From the NCBI GenBank assembly GCA_020891255.1, contig BQFW01000002.1, positions 3,224,001-3,288,000 of the forward strand: a DNA stretch of 64,000 bases, in the 5' to 3' direction. The notes beneath the pieces were generated by a model. That model was not told where the DNA came from, made no database searches, and worked only from the letters and a program-made list of their open reading frames with translations. The stretch is from Entomortierella parvispora E1425. Lineage: Eukaryota; Fungi; Mortierellomycota. The translations under genes and the position numbers were made by a program. Positions 24,735 through 37,213 of the stretch are shown piece by piece. The number at the start of each line of letters is the position of its first letter. Position 1 is the first letter of the stretch.

Positions 24735-25202
24735 TTAGCCATTCTTTCCCTCATTGCAGTACTCAAGGACAACAATTGAATGGTCAGGTTTTCGTTAGCG
24801 TCGGCGTTGAACAGAGTGTCTGCGTTATCACAGCCAGCAATACGGTCCCTTGTATTTGTACTCGACGACAATGTCTGGGATGTCAGACAATTGATTTCTG
24901 GTATTCTCAGGAACCAATACCATTCCCTGTGCACTTCACTTCCACACCTGACAAAAGCCTGTCTGTATCAGCAACATCTCTTTCTTTATAGCTGCAGTCA
25001 TGTTATTTCTTTACAAGTTCAAGACAGCAGACTGTGCTTCTATATCGAGCAAGGCGTGCTGGACGTGGGTCTCGCAGGTATCGACGGTGAGAAGATCATC
25101 TCTGCCTTCAGAGAGGTCCAGCGCAAAACTGAGTTCAGTTCAATCATAAACTATTCTTCATTTCATACAAGATCAGCGTCAGTGCTAGAGAAGTTTTCTT
25201 GA
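24735..25202 (+). pseudogene. Decayed tandem duplicate of the NLR 3' end (2 HEAT repeats plus C-terminal domain)
   Basis: AILSLIAVLKDNN*MVRFS (TGA at 24777-24779 where the repeats have W), then HSLCTSLPHLTK...YSCSHVISLQVQDSRLCFYIEQGVLDV, closely similar to the intact gene end. Confidence 0.85.
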
Positions 25203-25204
25203 AA

Positions 25205-25438
25205 GGAAAAGGAGCCGCGAGTGGGTGCATTCGGTCAACGAAAGGTGATATATGTTGTTTTTATAAGAATCATCTTTTTCTTTATAGCGGTGATGATATT
25301 ACTTTTTTTACACCCAAGAAGGCAGGCTATGTTTCTACACCTAGCAGGGCGCTGGAAGAAGATCTCATGGACAACACCAGTGCGGAGATCGTATCATCAG
25401 CCTTCAGAGATGTCCAGCACAAAGCAGGGCTAATATGA
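25205..25438 (+). pseudogene. Second, more diverged copy of the NLR C-terminal domain
   Basis: GDICCFYKNHLFLYSGDD...EIVSSAFRDVQHKAGLI versus DEIACLYEHYLFPYSCSH...EIIASAFKAVQHKAELLI in the intact gene. The middle appears frameshifted. Confidence 0.7.
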
Positions 25439-25743
25439 TGCTTGCTTGGATGCTTGCTTGGATGCTCTTGACCTTCAATGCATCAACCATCTGTAGAATT
25501 TTACTGAAAATCACAAGAACGCAACACGAGTGAAGGATGAATGGTATGTAAAAGAAAAGTTGGTCAGAACGCGAAGATCATGGCGTCAGTCAGTCCACCA
25601 ATTTCTAGCGTGTGGAGTGGACCGGTTCGAAAAAAAAAAAAAAAAAAAGACACGTGATCCATTGCTCATTTTCCAGTTTGTCCCCTGGGCCTGCACGTCT
25701 CTGCCCATCCATCTTTCGTCCCCCCTTGTCAATACGAGTCTCC

Positions 25744-26936
25744 ATGGAATCTTACGCAGGACTGGCTGGATGGGCATTCTTGCCATCGTTCGTCACCAAT
25801 GTGATTCAGAGCATCTGGTACTCTTTCAAATACCCTGTCAATTCGGGTGCCAAACCAGCTCCCAACACGCCAAAGTTCCGTCGCCACTACAACAGGATTT
25901 ATTGCGGCGTCGTCCTCGCCTATCTGGCGTACACAATCCTTGAGGTCGATCGATCCACGCCAACAAACGCTTACGGCTTGCTGGACTTGAGCTTTAACAC
26001 CTTCTCGCAGAAACAGCTCAGGACCAACTTTCGGAAAACCTCGCTTGTATATCATCCCGACAAAGTTGGAGAAGCCGGTGCAGGTAAAAAAAGCATTCGA
26101 GGTTTTTTCTGTTTTAGGTTGAGTGTTTGCAAGGCCGCGTTCTAACATTCGAAAAATGACTTTTTATCCACAGAGGCATTTGTTCGTATTCGGGCAGCCC
26201 ATGATGTTTTGAGCAACCCGGTGGCCAAGGTCGCCTACGACCGCTTTGGACCCGACATTGTCACTTGCACGACATGCAAGACACTCAAGGATCACATCTC
26301 CCGAGGATTGTCATCTCTTTATACCTACTATCTCGGCACGGGCGTGGTCCTGATTTTGATGAGTGTTTTGGGCAAGGGCCAGTTTGGACGATTCTGGCGA
26401 TTCATTGTCTTGGCAGGAATGGCAGCATTGGAGCTGGCGATGGTGACGCGGTCAGAGCCATTGACGCTCCTGTCGTGGATCATGCCCCACCGAGTGACCT
26501 TTGAGCAACGGGCTATCCTCCACCAAGTTTTTGTCTCGACTTTTATCGCCATTTCTCAGATTGGACCTATTCTGGTGCCTTCCAAGGAGCAGGAAAAGAG
26601 CAGCGCCAAGGATCTTCTCCAGCGACTGGAGCTCCTTACAGCCATTTCGAGTAAGGATTAATGTTGTTTTTGCCTGTGATGATTTTTGATGGTTGGTCTA
26701 ACTCTTTTTTCTTTTTTTTTTTTTAAACAAAAATAATAATAATAATTGTAGATGCGGAGTCGATTGGACAGCTCCACGGCACGTTCGAGGTGTTTAGAGG
26801 AGACGAGGAGAGCATGGGACTTTTGAAGCGACAGATGGGTATCATGGCGCTGGACGCCCGACTTACCCAGGACCAGCTCCTGAACGAAACCCGGCAAGCG
26901 GTGCAGCGCAGGCTTCTCCAGCGAAAAGGGGCCTAG
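25744..26936 (+). CDS. Membrane-associated DnaJ (J-domain) protein
   Basis: N-terminal TM segments, J-domain NAYGLL...FRKTSLVYHPDK|EAFVRIRAAHDVLSNPVAKVAYDRFG with the HPD motif, and C-terminal TM segments. Three exons. Confidence 0.85.
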
Positions 26937-27851
26937 ATTATGCCATATTTTTCTTGAATAAAAATTGTTTCTGGTTAGTTCACGTGATGAAGTTGTTTCA
27001 CCCTCCTCCAGAAGGGGCACACGTCATGAAATGGGTGGGGTAAGGGAAGTCGACCCTGGGGCGACAGTGGGACGGACAGACGGACGCGATGAAATAGTTC
27101 GATGGCAATCCTTGGGTGAATGCACTTGTTCCTTCTTCCCCTTCTGTCCTGCGCGAGCATTCTTTCCTCATTCTCCCTCCTCTTTCTTTGGTCCAGCCTA
27201 CGACTCACCACGAACAGACTGACTGACCGACACGCTGCTGTTACTCCAGACCTTGCTTCACTTTGCTACACCCTCTTCTCACGCTTCCCTTCCCTTCTGT
27301 CTTTCTTTCAGAAGTACTTTTTCCCCCTTGGAGCAAGTATACACTGACACAGAAAGATAAACAAAAAAGAAAAGACGACACGACGACGACGACGACGACG
27401 AACAACGACCCCTCTTTCCCACGACTGCAACTGCCAGCAGAGTTTTTTGCTGAAGAAGGCTCTCCACCATTGACCAGCTATCGAATCTAGCACACCTCGC
27501 CAATCCCCAATTCCTCCTTGTCATCTGCGTGCTCCTCCTCTCCTTCCAGTACCTGCGCGCTAAAATGGTACAGTGTTTTCCAGTCCAGTCAACATGAAGG
27601 GACCATCCCAATGAGAATGAGAGAATGAGAGAATAGAAAAGAAGAAAGAAAAAAAAAAAAAGAAAAAAAAAACGCGACACGGTCAAGAGAATGATTGATT
27701 GGAACCCAGCCTGACCGGCTCTCTCCCGCCCTGCGGCTCCTTCTCTCTTTCTGTCATTTTCTTTCTGTCATTTTCTTTCTCTCCATTTGATTCTGATCCC
27801 TTTGACATTCAATTCTCTTTCCCTTCCCTTCCCTCCCTTCCTCCTTCTCTC

Positions 27852-30800
27852 ATGCAGGAAGACCCTATGGATCCCAGACCCGAGCCTATGGACCTCAAAC
27901 CCGACTCTGTCGACCTCAAGCCCGAGCCCGTCGAAGAAGCGCCCTCCGCAGACGATGGTATGGCAACAATCTGTCCTGACTTGACCTGACTGACGTACAT
28001 TTCAATGCCTGGCTCACACTCACTGATTCACTGACTATACTCGAATGTGTTATTTTCTTGTTTTCTTCCGTTTCGTCTTTCTTCCTCTCTCCCGTCTCTT
28101 GTGCGATGGATATATGGATACAGTCGAATGGATGGCAAAGAAGCTGATGCCCATGATCCCCGACCTCGAGGAGATTGGCTTTGAGACCTTTCAATGGCGC
28201 ATCGAAGACTGGCGTGCCCTCGACAAACGAGTGACCGGACCCGAGTTTGAATGCGGCGGCAACAAATGGCAAGTGTCTTCATCCCGTGGGCTGTGGGTCG
28301 AATTGCTTGGCTGTGTACACCTGCCGCCCTCTGGAGCCATGTTATCGACAGTGCTAGTGAAGAGCTGCATGCCAAGGACTGGCGCTGACCTTTTGTATCC
28401 TTGACCCTTGACCCTTGCAAATATTAGGCGCATTCTTCTCTTCCCCCAGGGCAACAACACTCCCGACCAGGTCGCCGTGTACCTGGACTCTGCAGAGCCC
28501 CAAGAACACGACTCACCCAACTGGCACGTCTGTGCCCAGTTTGCGCTCGTCATGTCCAATCCTTCCGATCCCACCCTGTTCCGCAACAACAGTAAGTCAA
28601 GTTGACGAGTATATACCTTTGCCAGTACATTATCTGCCGTACCTCTCACTCACAGGCAATGTCATTCTGCCATAGCTGGTCACCATCGTTTCGTCCCTGG
28701 TGCTGCGGATTGGGGATTTATTAGATTTGTCGATTTCAGAACGCTGGAGCAGGTTTTGCTGGACCAAGGAAGCACCGTCATCACCGCATACGTAAGAGTT
28801 TACAAGGACCCCACAGGCGTTCTCTGGCAGAATTTCGACCATTACAACTCCAAGGCCCAAACGGGCTATGTCGGATTTAGCAACCAGGGTGCTACCTGCT
28901 ACATGAACTCGCTCCTCCAGTCACTCTTCTTCACCAACAAATTCCGCAAGTCTGTGTACGAAATCCCAACCGAAAAGGACGAGCCCAAGAAGTCTGTGTC
29001 ACTGGCCCTTCAGCGTGTGTTTTACCAGTTGAGCACGAGCTCAGAGGCAGTCGACACCAGCGAGTTGACCCAATCTTTTGGTTGGCACTCAAATGACAGC
29101 TTCTCACAGCACGATGTCCAGGAATTCAACCGTGTCCTCCAGGATAATTTGGAGGGCAAGATGAAGGTACAGATCGATCTGTTGTCGTATTTCCCGAATT
29201 GTTTTTGCGCGTATTCTGGCGCTGGGTTGCGTGATTACATTGATCTAACAGTTCTCAACCAATCCTTGATGACAGGGCACTGCTGCGGAAGGTTCGATTC
29301 AGGAATTGTTTGCAGGAAGGATGAAGAGTTATATCAAGTGCATCAATGTCGACTATGAATCGTCTCGTGTCGAAGACTTTTATGGTAGGTCCATTGGATC
29401 CATTTTGTCTTGTTTCTCATCGTTGCCAAGTGGCCAGTTGGATCGATTTTAACTTTTTCTCGTCTAATTCATCTACAGATATTCAACTGAATGTCAAGGG
29501 CTGCAAAACGTTGGTGGATTCTTTCCGCAACTATGTTGACGTGGAGACGATGGATGGCGAGAACAAGTATCAGGCTGAGGGCCATGGTCTTCAGGCAAGT
29601 CTTTTTTGCGGTTCACATACTATAACGATATTTTATATGTCGGCACTAACCTTTATTCTAATCCAATCTTCAAACAGGACGCCCGCAAGGGAGTTATTTT
29701 TGAGACACTCCCACCAGTGTTGCATTTGCAGTTGAAGCGTTTCGAGTACGATATGGAGCACGACGTCACAGTCAAAGTCAACGATCGCTATGAATTCCCA
29801 ATGAATGTTGATCTTGCAGAGTTTGTTGCCGAGGGCGAGCAAAAGGAGAAGCTTGGCCCTGATGGATTCAAGTACTCGCTTCATGGGTAAGTTTTTTTTT
29901 TAAAATCGATGATTCTAGGGTATGAAAATTGTCTGTTCTCGTTGCTGAACACAGACTTTTTTTTTCAATAGTGTCTTGGTTCATGCTGGTGACAAGAACG
30001 GTGGACATTACTTTGCATTGCTGAAGCCCGAGCGTGATGGAAAATGGTTTAGATTCGATGACGATCGAGTCACCCCTGTGACGTTAAAGGAGGTCATGGA
30101 GGAAAACTATGGTGGAGTAGACTCACCCGAGCCCACTGGTCCCATGTCGAACCTGATGCGCCAAATGGCTCGCCATAAGAAGTTCACCAACGCCTACATG
30201 TTGGTGTATATTCGGGATGCCGCCATGGAGGAGGTGCTGGCACCGATCGCGGAAGAGGAAATTCCCAAGCATTTGGCGCAGCGTCTTTTGGATGAGCGAG
30301 CAGCAGAGGAGGCAGCGCGAAAGGCCAAGGAAGAGGCGCTCCTTTACTTTAATGCCCGTGTGATCTCTGATCTCGACTTCAAGACACACGACGGCTTTGA
30401 CTTGATGAATCCTATTTCGTCCGCTGTTGGAAAGCTCATCAAGGTCAGGAGACAGGATACTTACGCCACCTTCAGGGATGTCGTTGCTGAAAGCTATGGC
30501 ATCACCGAGGAGCCGTTCCGTATCTGGACACTTGTGAAGCGACAGAACGACACCCTCCGTGTGGATATCCCTATTCCCGACACGGATCTTCCTCTCAGTA
30601 AGAGCATTGCCTAATTGGTCGCATATGCTTGAGTGGGTGAAATCTGCAGAATCTAACTCATTTTCCCTTTATAGTGATGGATGAGGTCAGGCAAAAGTAC
30701 GGTGTTCGCAACTCTACAGAGCTCCGATGCTACGTGGAGTTCCCTGAGAAGACTGTTGCGAAGGTACCCAACGGAAAGGCATCCTGGTTCCAGAATGATT

Positions 30801-32526
30801 CTCAGGCTGGCACCATCATGATTTTCATCAAGTACTACGATCCTTACACCCAGACAATGGAGTAAGTCCCTTTTTCTAACCAAAGTGAAGACAGGTTCTC
30901 TTGACAGTGCGTTTACTTACTTATCGGACTCTCTTTTTAGGGGCCTTGGCAAGTTGTTTGTTCACAGGAACGGAAAGGTGGGCGACATTGTTGGTCAGTT
31001 GAACGAGAAGAAGGGTCTCCCAGCAAACACCGCTCTGAAGCTGTTCGAGGTAAAGAAAACAATGATGGCTTATTCCAAGGGCTGTTCTTTCTCAAAGCAT
31101 CGATGATGGAACCATGTCTAACAGCTCCTTGCCTGCTTTTATAATATTTAGGAAATCAAACCAACTATGATCGAGCCTATCAAGATGAAGTCGACATTCA
31201 TGCAGAGCGAGATTCAGGGTGGAGATATCATTGTCTTCCAGAAGGAGCTCACTCCCAAAGAGCAAACAGAGCTTACAGAGCGTGGATTGCGCGTGTCGAT
31301 TCCTCATCACTTTGAGTACATCTTCAACCGCGTTACTGTAGAGTTCAAGCCAAGAGTCGAGGAAGACACATCTCTCCCTGTCATTACGATGGACCTCAGC
31401 AAGAAGAACACCTACGACGAAGTTACAGCCAAGCTGGCCGAGAAACTGAACACCAACCCATTGCATCTTCAACTCACGACTGCATTGGGACCTGGAGGCT
31501 TGCCAAAGATGACCCTCAGGCGGCACACCAACATGCTTTTGAAGGAGATGCTTGGTATCAGTCACCACCAGGGTATGGCTTCTGGTATTTACCGACTCTA
31601 CTATGAGAAGCTGGACACCACCATTGATGAGGTCGAAAACAGGAAACAGATCAGAGTGACGTGGCTCGGACCCACTTTGAAGGACGAGGTAAACACATTT
31701 GCGTTATTTAACTGGACTAGAGTGAAAACTATTTCTGTGGACTAGCACTCATCGCATGGTGATTTTTCCATTTCTAGTCGACCCATGATTTGAAGTTGCT
31801 CAGAACCAGCACGATGGATGTCGTAGCAAGTGAACTTCTTCCTAAGGTGACCCTTTCAGCAGAGGGAAGCAAGAAGTTGCACGTCTTCTCAGTATATAAC
31901 GGCTTGATTATGAGGGACCATCTGATGTCGGACTTGATCACGACCGTCCATGACCAGTATCAGCTTTATGTCGAGGAGATCCCATTGGATGAGTACGAAT
32001 GCGAGAACGAAGACCTCAAGTTGCAGTGCTTCCACTTTACTGCAGATGTCACTCGGACACATAGCATCCCTTTTACTCTTGTTATGGCAGAAGTAAGTGA
32101 TCCCGGAATTTGGATCAGTTGGAGGAGGATGTTCGAGTCGTTTGGGCCGTGAATTATATTTGCATTGAATTTAACATTTGTATTGTTCGTTATCTCCATT
32201 AGGGCGAGCTCTTCCAAGATACAAAGACTAGACTTCGTGCCCGTCTTGGCATGAACGAGAAGGACTTTGGAAAGATCAAGTTTTATATCTACAACTCGAC
32301 CACGCGTCGCAGCATAGCCCTCACTGATGGTAAGACTCTGCTCTTTTATTCTATATAGCCCCAGGACATTCAAAGAACCCTTGCTAACCTACTCTCCACT
32401 CTTTCAGACTTGGTGCTTACGGATCTCAAGCTCTCAAAGTCCGATAGTCTGGCTCTTGACCATGTCGACAAGACTGGCAGAAGCAACCGATTCGCACCCG
32501 AGAAGCCAATCTTCATTCGGGGATAG
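27852..32526 (+). CDS. UBP15: Ubiquitin-specific protease 7/Ubp15 (MATH + USP + UBL repeats)
   Basis: MATH: FQWRIEDW, GPEFECGG, WHVCAQF, DWGF. Cys box GYVGFSNQGATCYMNSLLQSLF, QHDVQEF, and His box VHAGDKNGGHYFA. C-terminal LDHVDKT...EKPIFIRG. Many introns. Confidence 0.95.
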
Positions 32527-32837
32527 AAGAAAAAAAAACAGAAAAGGAAAAAAAAATCGTCTTTTTTGCAGAAACGGGATGGACAAGGTGGCGGGCGACC
32601 TGGGTCCCTGATCTACCTCTTCTCTCTCTTTCTCTCTGTCTTTCTCTCCCACACTCCCATTCTTCGCCTAATCGCTATTATTATTATCTTTTGCTGGCGA
32701 GTTTCTGAACTTTTGGCCATGCAATCAAGAAAAAAACAGAAAAAAAAAAGATCAAAAAAAGGGAGAGTTGGATGCAAATATGATACAAGATAAAATAAAA
32801 AAAAAAAAGTGAAGTTTTCAAAACAAAAAAAAGTTGT

Positions 32838-35327
32838 TTATTGCTCCCTGTCTTCGGGACTTCTCTCTGCATCGTCCAAAGCTGATGACGAGTCGGCCTC
32901 ATCTGCAAACAACTCACTCTTTGGGTCGAAACGAATGACGGGAGGGGGTCCTCTGAATATGGAATTTGCCTTTGGTTTCGACTCTTTTCCAGGAGAGGAG
33001 GTGGAGGACAATGTCGAGTTGACATCAGTGGCAGCTGCAGGAGTTCCAGTCGCAGCCGCTGCTCCTTGTCGGATCCAGCGATCTAGGTTGATGGTATCTT
33101 GAGGGTGATTCTTTTTGGGCTCCTTGATCGCAAAGTGTCGCGTAATGGTACTGTTGGTGCAGCTGCTGCTGACGCTCTTGAGTGGAACTTGGTTCTTTGG
33201 CCTGGGCAATGACGTTCCAAACATGTTTTTGATGGTCCCTCGTTCCTGCTGCTGCTTGCTTTGTTCCTGCAGTTGTTGATTCTGTCGTGAAGGCGAGGCT
33301 GTACTCCAAGGACTACTCCTTTTGGTGCCTGAATTCATTGTAGGGGTTGCAGTGGAAAAGAAAGGACCGGCCACGGTCTTTTCTGGATCAGCCCGGGGCT
33401 TGATATATATCTGAGTTGGCTTTTGCTCCTCTGCTGGTTTTGCAAAAGGGTCGTGACCGCCCATGCCAAATGGATTCCGCCGTCTTCCTGGGAGGTGGCC
33501 ACCAGTGCCTCCGCTCCCGCCTCCAAAGCCTTCGCTCCCTGCCATTGCAACTTTGCTAAAGGGCGATGATGATGATCCTTGAGACTGCGACTGAGACGCA
33601 GGCAAGGTGGAGGAACCTTCTTGTTTGATAAACATGCCAGAGGAAAGTTTTGTCCGCTTGGCCCCAGGTTCAAAAAATTGTTGTTGTTTCTGTTGCAGGT
33701 TCGACTTGCTAAGGATACTCGATAGAGACGACAGGTCGAGTTGGTTGGATGGGGTCGGTCGTTGGTGGCGTTCCTTAATCTTGGCAGTCTGAAAGGCTAC
33801 AGAGGAGGCTGCAGAAGATTTGGATGCATTTTCCTCTTCTTCCAGTTCCTTGTCCAGTTCCTCTGTCAACCTCTCTAGAATCAACTCCACTGTCGCTCGA
33901 TTCCGTACAAACGCCATAGATACTGCTCCAGTCATATCAGATTTTCGTCCATAGGAAGGAGGACCCTGTCTCTGACTCGCCTGGACAGAACTCAGGACCC
34001 GCTGGTACATGGTCAGGTTATACATGTGTTCCAGCTGCCCGCCGTTGTCTGCATATGCTTCCGCCCTGGCCTTTGCGATCTTGGCTGCCTGAGCCGCCTC
34101 AACTCGGTTCTGATACGCCTTCTTGGTCTTGTTCTTCTTGGCCAGTCTCTCTTCCCTCTCCATGCGGATCCAATCTCCTTGTTTACGGTACTCGATCTCC
34201 TGTGGTGTTGGGATATAATCCGGGAGTAACCGAGGGGCTATGTGGCCTAATTTCGCGATCGCCAAGCTCTCTGAGAGTCCCAGTCCATCTTCTCCTGCCA
34301 GATCGGGTCGTTGTGCAAATTTGATCCTCAAAGTTCGATTAAAACGATCGAACCACTTGGACATGGGTCTTGTGTCCAGGATGGCTTCTTCTTCATCTTC
34401 CTTGTATTCGTTGCTGCGACTGGTGGAACTGTCGGGGAAGAGAGATATTCCCACGGGTAATCGGCTCCAGGGAGCCTGCATTTCTAAGGCAGAGTCGAGA
34501 TCGTGATACAGCTTGCTGTTTCTGTTGGAAGAATCTTCGAAAAGCGTCTTGGCTACCTCGTTATGGACTCTGGATCCAGTCAGATCTACGCCCAACAGCC
34601 GCCGAAAGACCAGTTCCCGACTCGATCCTGCCTTGGCTGAAGGTGTCGTCGTTGTCCTTCTGTCGAGCGCTGAGGTAGATCGAAAGAGCTTTGCGACACC
34701 TACATCCGAGACCAGGGTCCGAGCGAGGTTCAGGTACTCTAGTTGTGAGGGTCCCGAGGAGCCAAAGGTTACACTTCGGACCAAATGACCTAGTCCTGTA
34801 TCTCCAATCATCAGTCCAGACAGGTTCAGGATCTTCAGATTGTATAAACCTGTCAGACCCACTAGATCCGCATCGGTCAATCCTCTCTTCTCGTCCTCCT
34901 CATCCTCTGTTCCTGCTCCTAATCCGCGACCTCCCGAGAGATCGAGATAGACCAGGCATTCCGCAAACGTGCCGAGGTGTGGGATATCCTTGGGCAAGGA
35001 GCATTTGAGACCCGAGTACTCTGGCCCTAAAAGTCCATCGATCCCAAAGGCTTCCGCAAAGAGGAGGATACCGATCTGTCGATGCTCGGTTGTGAGTCTC
35101 CAGGAAGAGGCGCGGGTTTGGAATTCAGCAAGGAGGGCTTGTCCGATGGGGTAGTAAGGGAGACCTTGGAGAGAACCAAAGATGTGAAGGGCAGAGATGG
35201 AGGCTTGGATGGCTAATTGGAACAATGACGGAAAGTTGTGTGAATTGTTGGAGGAGCGTTGGATGGCGAGCTCCTGTACGCGACTCTTGCGCTGTGAGAG
35301 GGAGGATGCGGATGCGGATGCGGGCAT
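32838..35327 (-). CDS. Leucine-rich-repeat (RNI-like) protein with long disordered C-terminus
   Basis: Single 829-aa ORF with LRR units LVYLDLSG, LKILNLSGLMIGDTGL, LEYLNLARTLVSDVGV and LLGVDLTGSRV. Low-complexity S/Q/G-rich tail. Confidence 0.7.
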   Translation of the reverse strand: MPASASASSLSQRKSRVQELAIQRSSNNSHNFPSLFQLAIQASISALHIFGSLQGLPYYPIGQALLAEFQTRASSWRLTTEHRQIGILLFAEAFGIDGLLGPEYSGLKCSLPKDIPHLGTFAECLVYLDLSGGRGLGAGTEDEEDEKRGLTDADLVGLTGLYNLKILNLSGLMIGDTGLGHLVRSVTFGSSGPSQLEYLNLARTLVSDVGVAKLFRSTSALDRRTTTTPSAKAGSSRELVFRRLLGVDLTGSRVHNEVAKTLFEDSSNRNSKLYHDLDSALEMQAPWSRLPVGISLFPDSSTSRSNEYKEDEEEAILDTRPMSKWFDRFNRTLRIKFAQRPDLAGEDGLGLSESLAIAKLGHIAPRLLPDYIPTPQEIEYRKQGDWIRMEREERLAKKNKTKKAYQNRVEAAQAAKIAKARAEAYADNGGQLEHMYNLTMYQRVLSSVQASQRQGPPSYGRKSDMTGAVSMAFVRNRATVELILERLTEELDKELEEEENASKSSAASSVAFQTAKIKERHQRPTPSNQLDLSSLSSILSKSNLQQKQQQFFEPGAKRTKLSSGMFIKQEGSSTLPASQSQSQGSSSSPFSKVAMAGSEGFGGGSGGTGGHLPGRRRNPFGMGGHDPFAKPAEEQKPTQIYIKPRADPEKTVAGPFFSTATPTMNSGTKRSSPWSTASPSRQNQQLQEQSKQQQERGTIKNMFGTSLPRPKNQVPLKSVSSSCTNSTITRHFAIKEPKKNHPQDTINLDRWIRQGAAAATGTPAAATDVNSTLSSTSSPGKESKPKANSIFRGPPPVIRFDPKSELFADEADSSSALDDAERSPEDREQ

Positions 35328-35896
35328 GGTGGCCCTCTTGGGGGAGGGGGGGATGTTGATGTTGACGAGAGAAGGAGAGAAGAATGATCACAACAAGCAA
35401 AGAAACGCGCGCGGGGACGCGACTCGAAAGTGAATAAAAAGACAGTCCGACATGCTCTTTCTCACTGGGAACAGACAGGAACAAGGGGCAGGAACCAGCC
35501 TTGCAAGGAGACACGCCGTGCGCGCCTCTTGAACAACACGCGTGCCTTTTGGACGTCTGGATGGATGGAGTGCTGCAATGGCAATGGCCATTCCAAACGA
35601 AGAGACCGGCCCGATTCTCGCTCTGATCGGAATGAGTCGACGGCGACACATACCTAGGCCTCCTCTCTCTCCCTTGGTCGCAGTCTCGTGTTCGTTCGTT
35701 CGTTCGTTCCTCCTTTTCTTTCCTCCCTTTCCTGTCTTCTCCACATCCACCTTGTTTCTCTATCGAGTTTCAATCAGCCTCCTCTTTCTCTTCTTTCCAC
35801 TGCCGTACCTTTTTTCTCGTCTCTATAACTGCCATTCTCTCTCAGCCTCTCTCTATCTATCTCTCCTCCTGCTCTTCCTCGTACCAATACATCCCC

Positions 35897-36768
35897 ATGG
35901 CACGTCTTCGTCTCGTTCTCTTGGTGCTCCTGATAAGTTGCGTCGGAATCACCCATGTCAATGCCTGCGGTACGTCCACCCAAAGCAAACCGAGTTATTC
36001 TCCTTGACAGCATGGACCGCCGTTCTCTTGCAATGGGCACCAAATTCAACGACTCTAAAAAAAAAAACTCGTCTATCTTTGTACCCTTTGCTCCTATTTT
36101 CTTGTCTGTCCTCAGAGGAGGCCTGTCGGGGTGATCCAGTCACATTCCTGACAAAGCGATACCAGGCTGTGCTTGAACATCAAGCCGGCACCATTTCAAA
36201 CCCTGAAGTGCAGAAGGTCTCCAAAGAGCTGATTCCCACAGTCATGTCCAAGATTACAGGACGCGGCGGGACCGTAGACAGTGCCATCTTTAGTGTCTTT
36301 AATGGACCTTGTACCAACAAAGCTGGCCTGAGGGAACCCTCCGAGTTTTGTGGAAGCGCCAAATCTATCGCCTGCTTTGCTCCTTGGGGCCACCCCAATG
36401 GTGTTTTTGATAGTGTCCACAAGGCGGTCGCGCAAGTGGTCAAGGACATCTACGAGGGTGAAAAGAACCCCGAGATCCAGGCGGCCATGGTCGAGGGCGT
36501 TTCCAACTTTTGTCCAGTGAACTGTGATGACTGGATTGTACCGTAAGTTTTTTTTTTCTTTTTTTTTTTTTCGGGGGGCCACAAAAGAGCCAAGCTCATG
36601 GAGATGCAGTGTTTTTCCCCAGATAACGATTTTCATCCAACTTTTCTGGTCTCTTTGGTGGCACTAAATAGGTTCCAAAACATCATGTTGGTGTGGGAGC
36701 AACGAGAGCACCCTAAAAAGTATAAAGTCACCCCCAACTGTCTTTCACTTGAAGCGGGAGGCATCTAA
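35897..36768 (+). CDS. Small secreted cysteine-rich protein (198 aa, 8 mature Cys)
   Basis: Signal peptide MARLRLVLLVLLISCVGITHVNA. Exons 35897-35969, 36116-36542 and 36672-36768 join in frame (597 nt). Confidence 0.75.
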
Positions 36769-37213
36769 ACATTCAAGTCCACTGGCCGCCACCCCAGCTT
36801 CAGTCTATCAAAAAGGAACCAGCCAGCCGAATGCGGGAATAGGAAGCAGAAGAGGGGCTAATCTTTCGCACCTTCTCCGTGTCTCATTTTCCACTTCAAA
36901 AGTTGTCTTCCAATATACGAAATGTCTGTTTTTTTAATCCCTTGAAGGGCACTGCCACTATATTTTTTTCGGACTTGAACAATCAATCCATGGCGTGCAT
37001 TTAATTCCGCACAATCACCGGTAGACGCAGAGCATGCGAGCGCATCGTTGCTCTGAGAAATTGATTATGGCAGAAAGACGACGCGTTCTAATCTGCGCCT
37101 ATCGCTGGTATCTTTTTGTAGAAAACGAGTGGAGTGACAGAAAGCTCATTTATGTTGTGTAATGTTTTTTTATTCTCTTATTCGTTTTTTTTAAGGAAAG
37201 TGGTAAGTCTCCC

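Noticed and set aside
35542-36115. Hydrophobic N-terminal part of the 334-aa ORF
   Set aside because: It is a CT-rich leader and intron read in frame. The true gene starts at ATG 35897 with a signal peptide.
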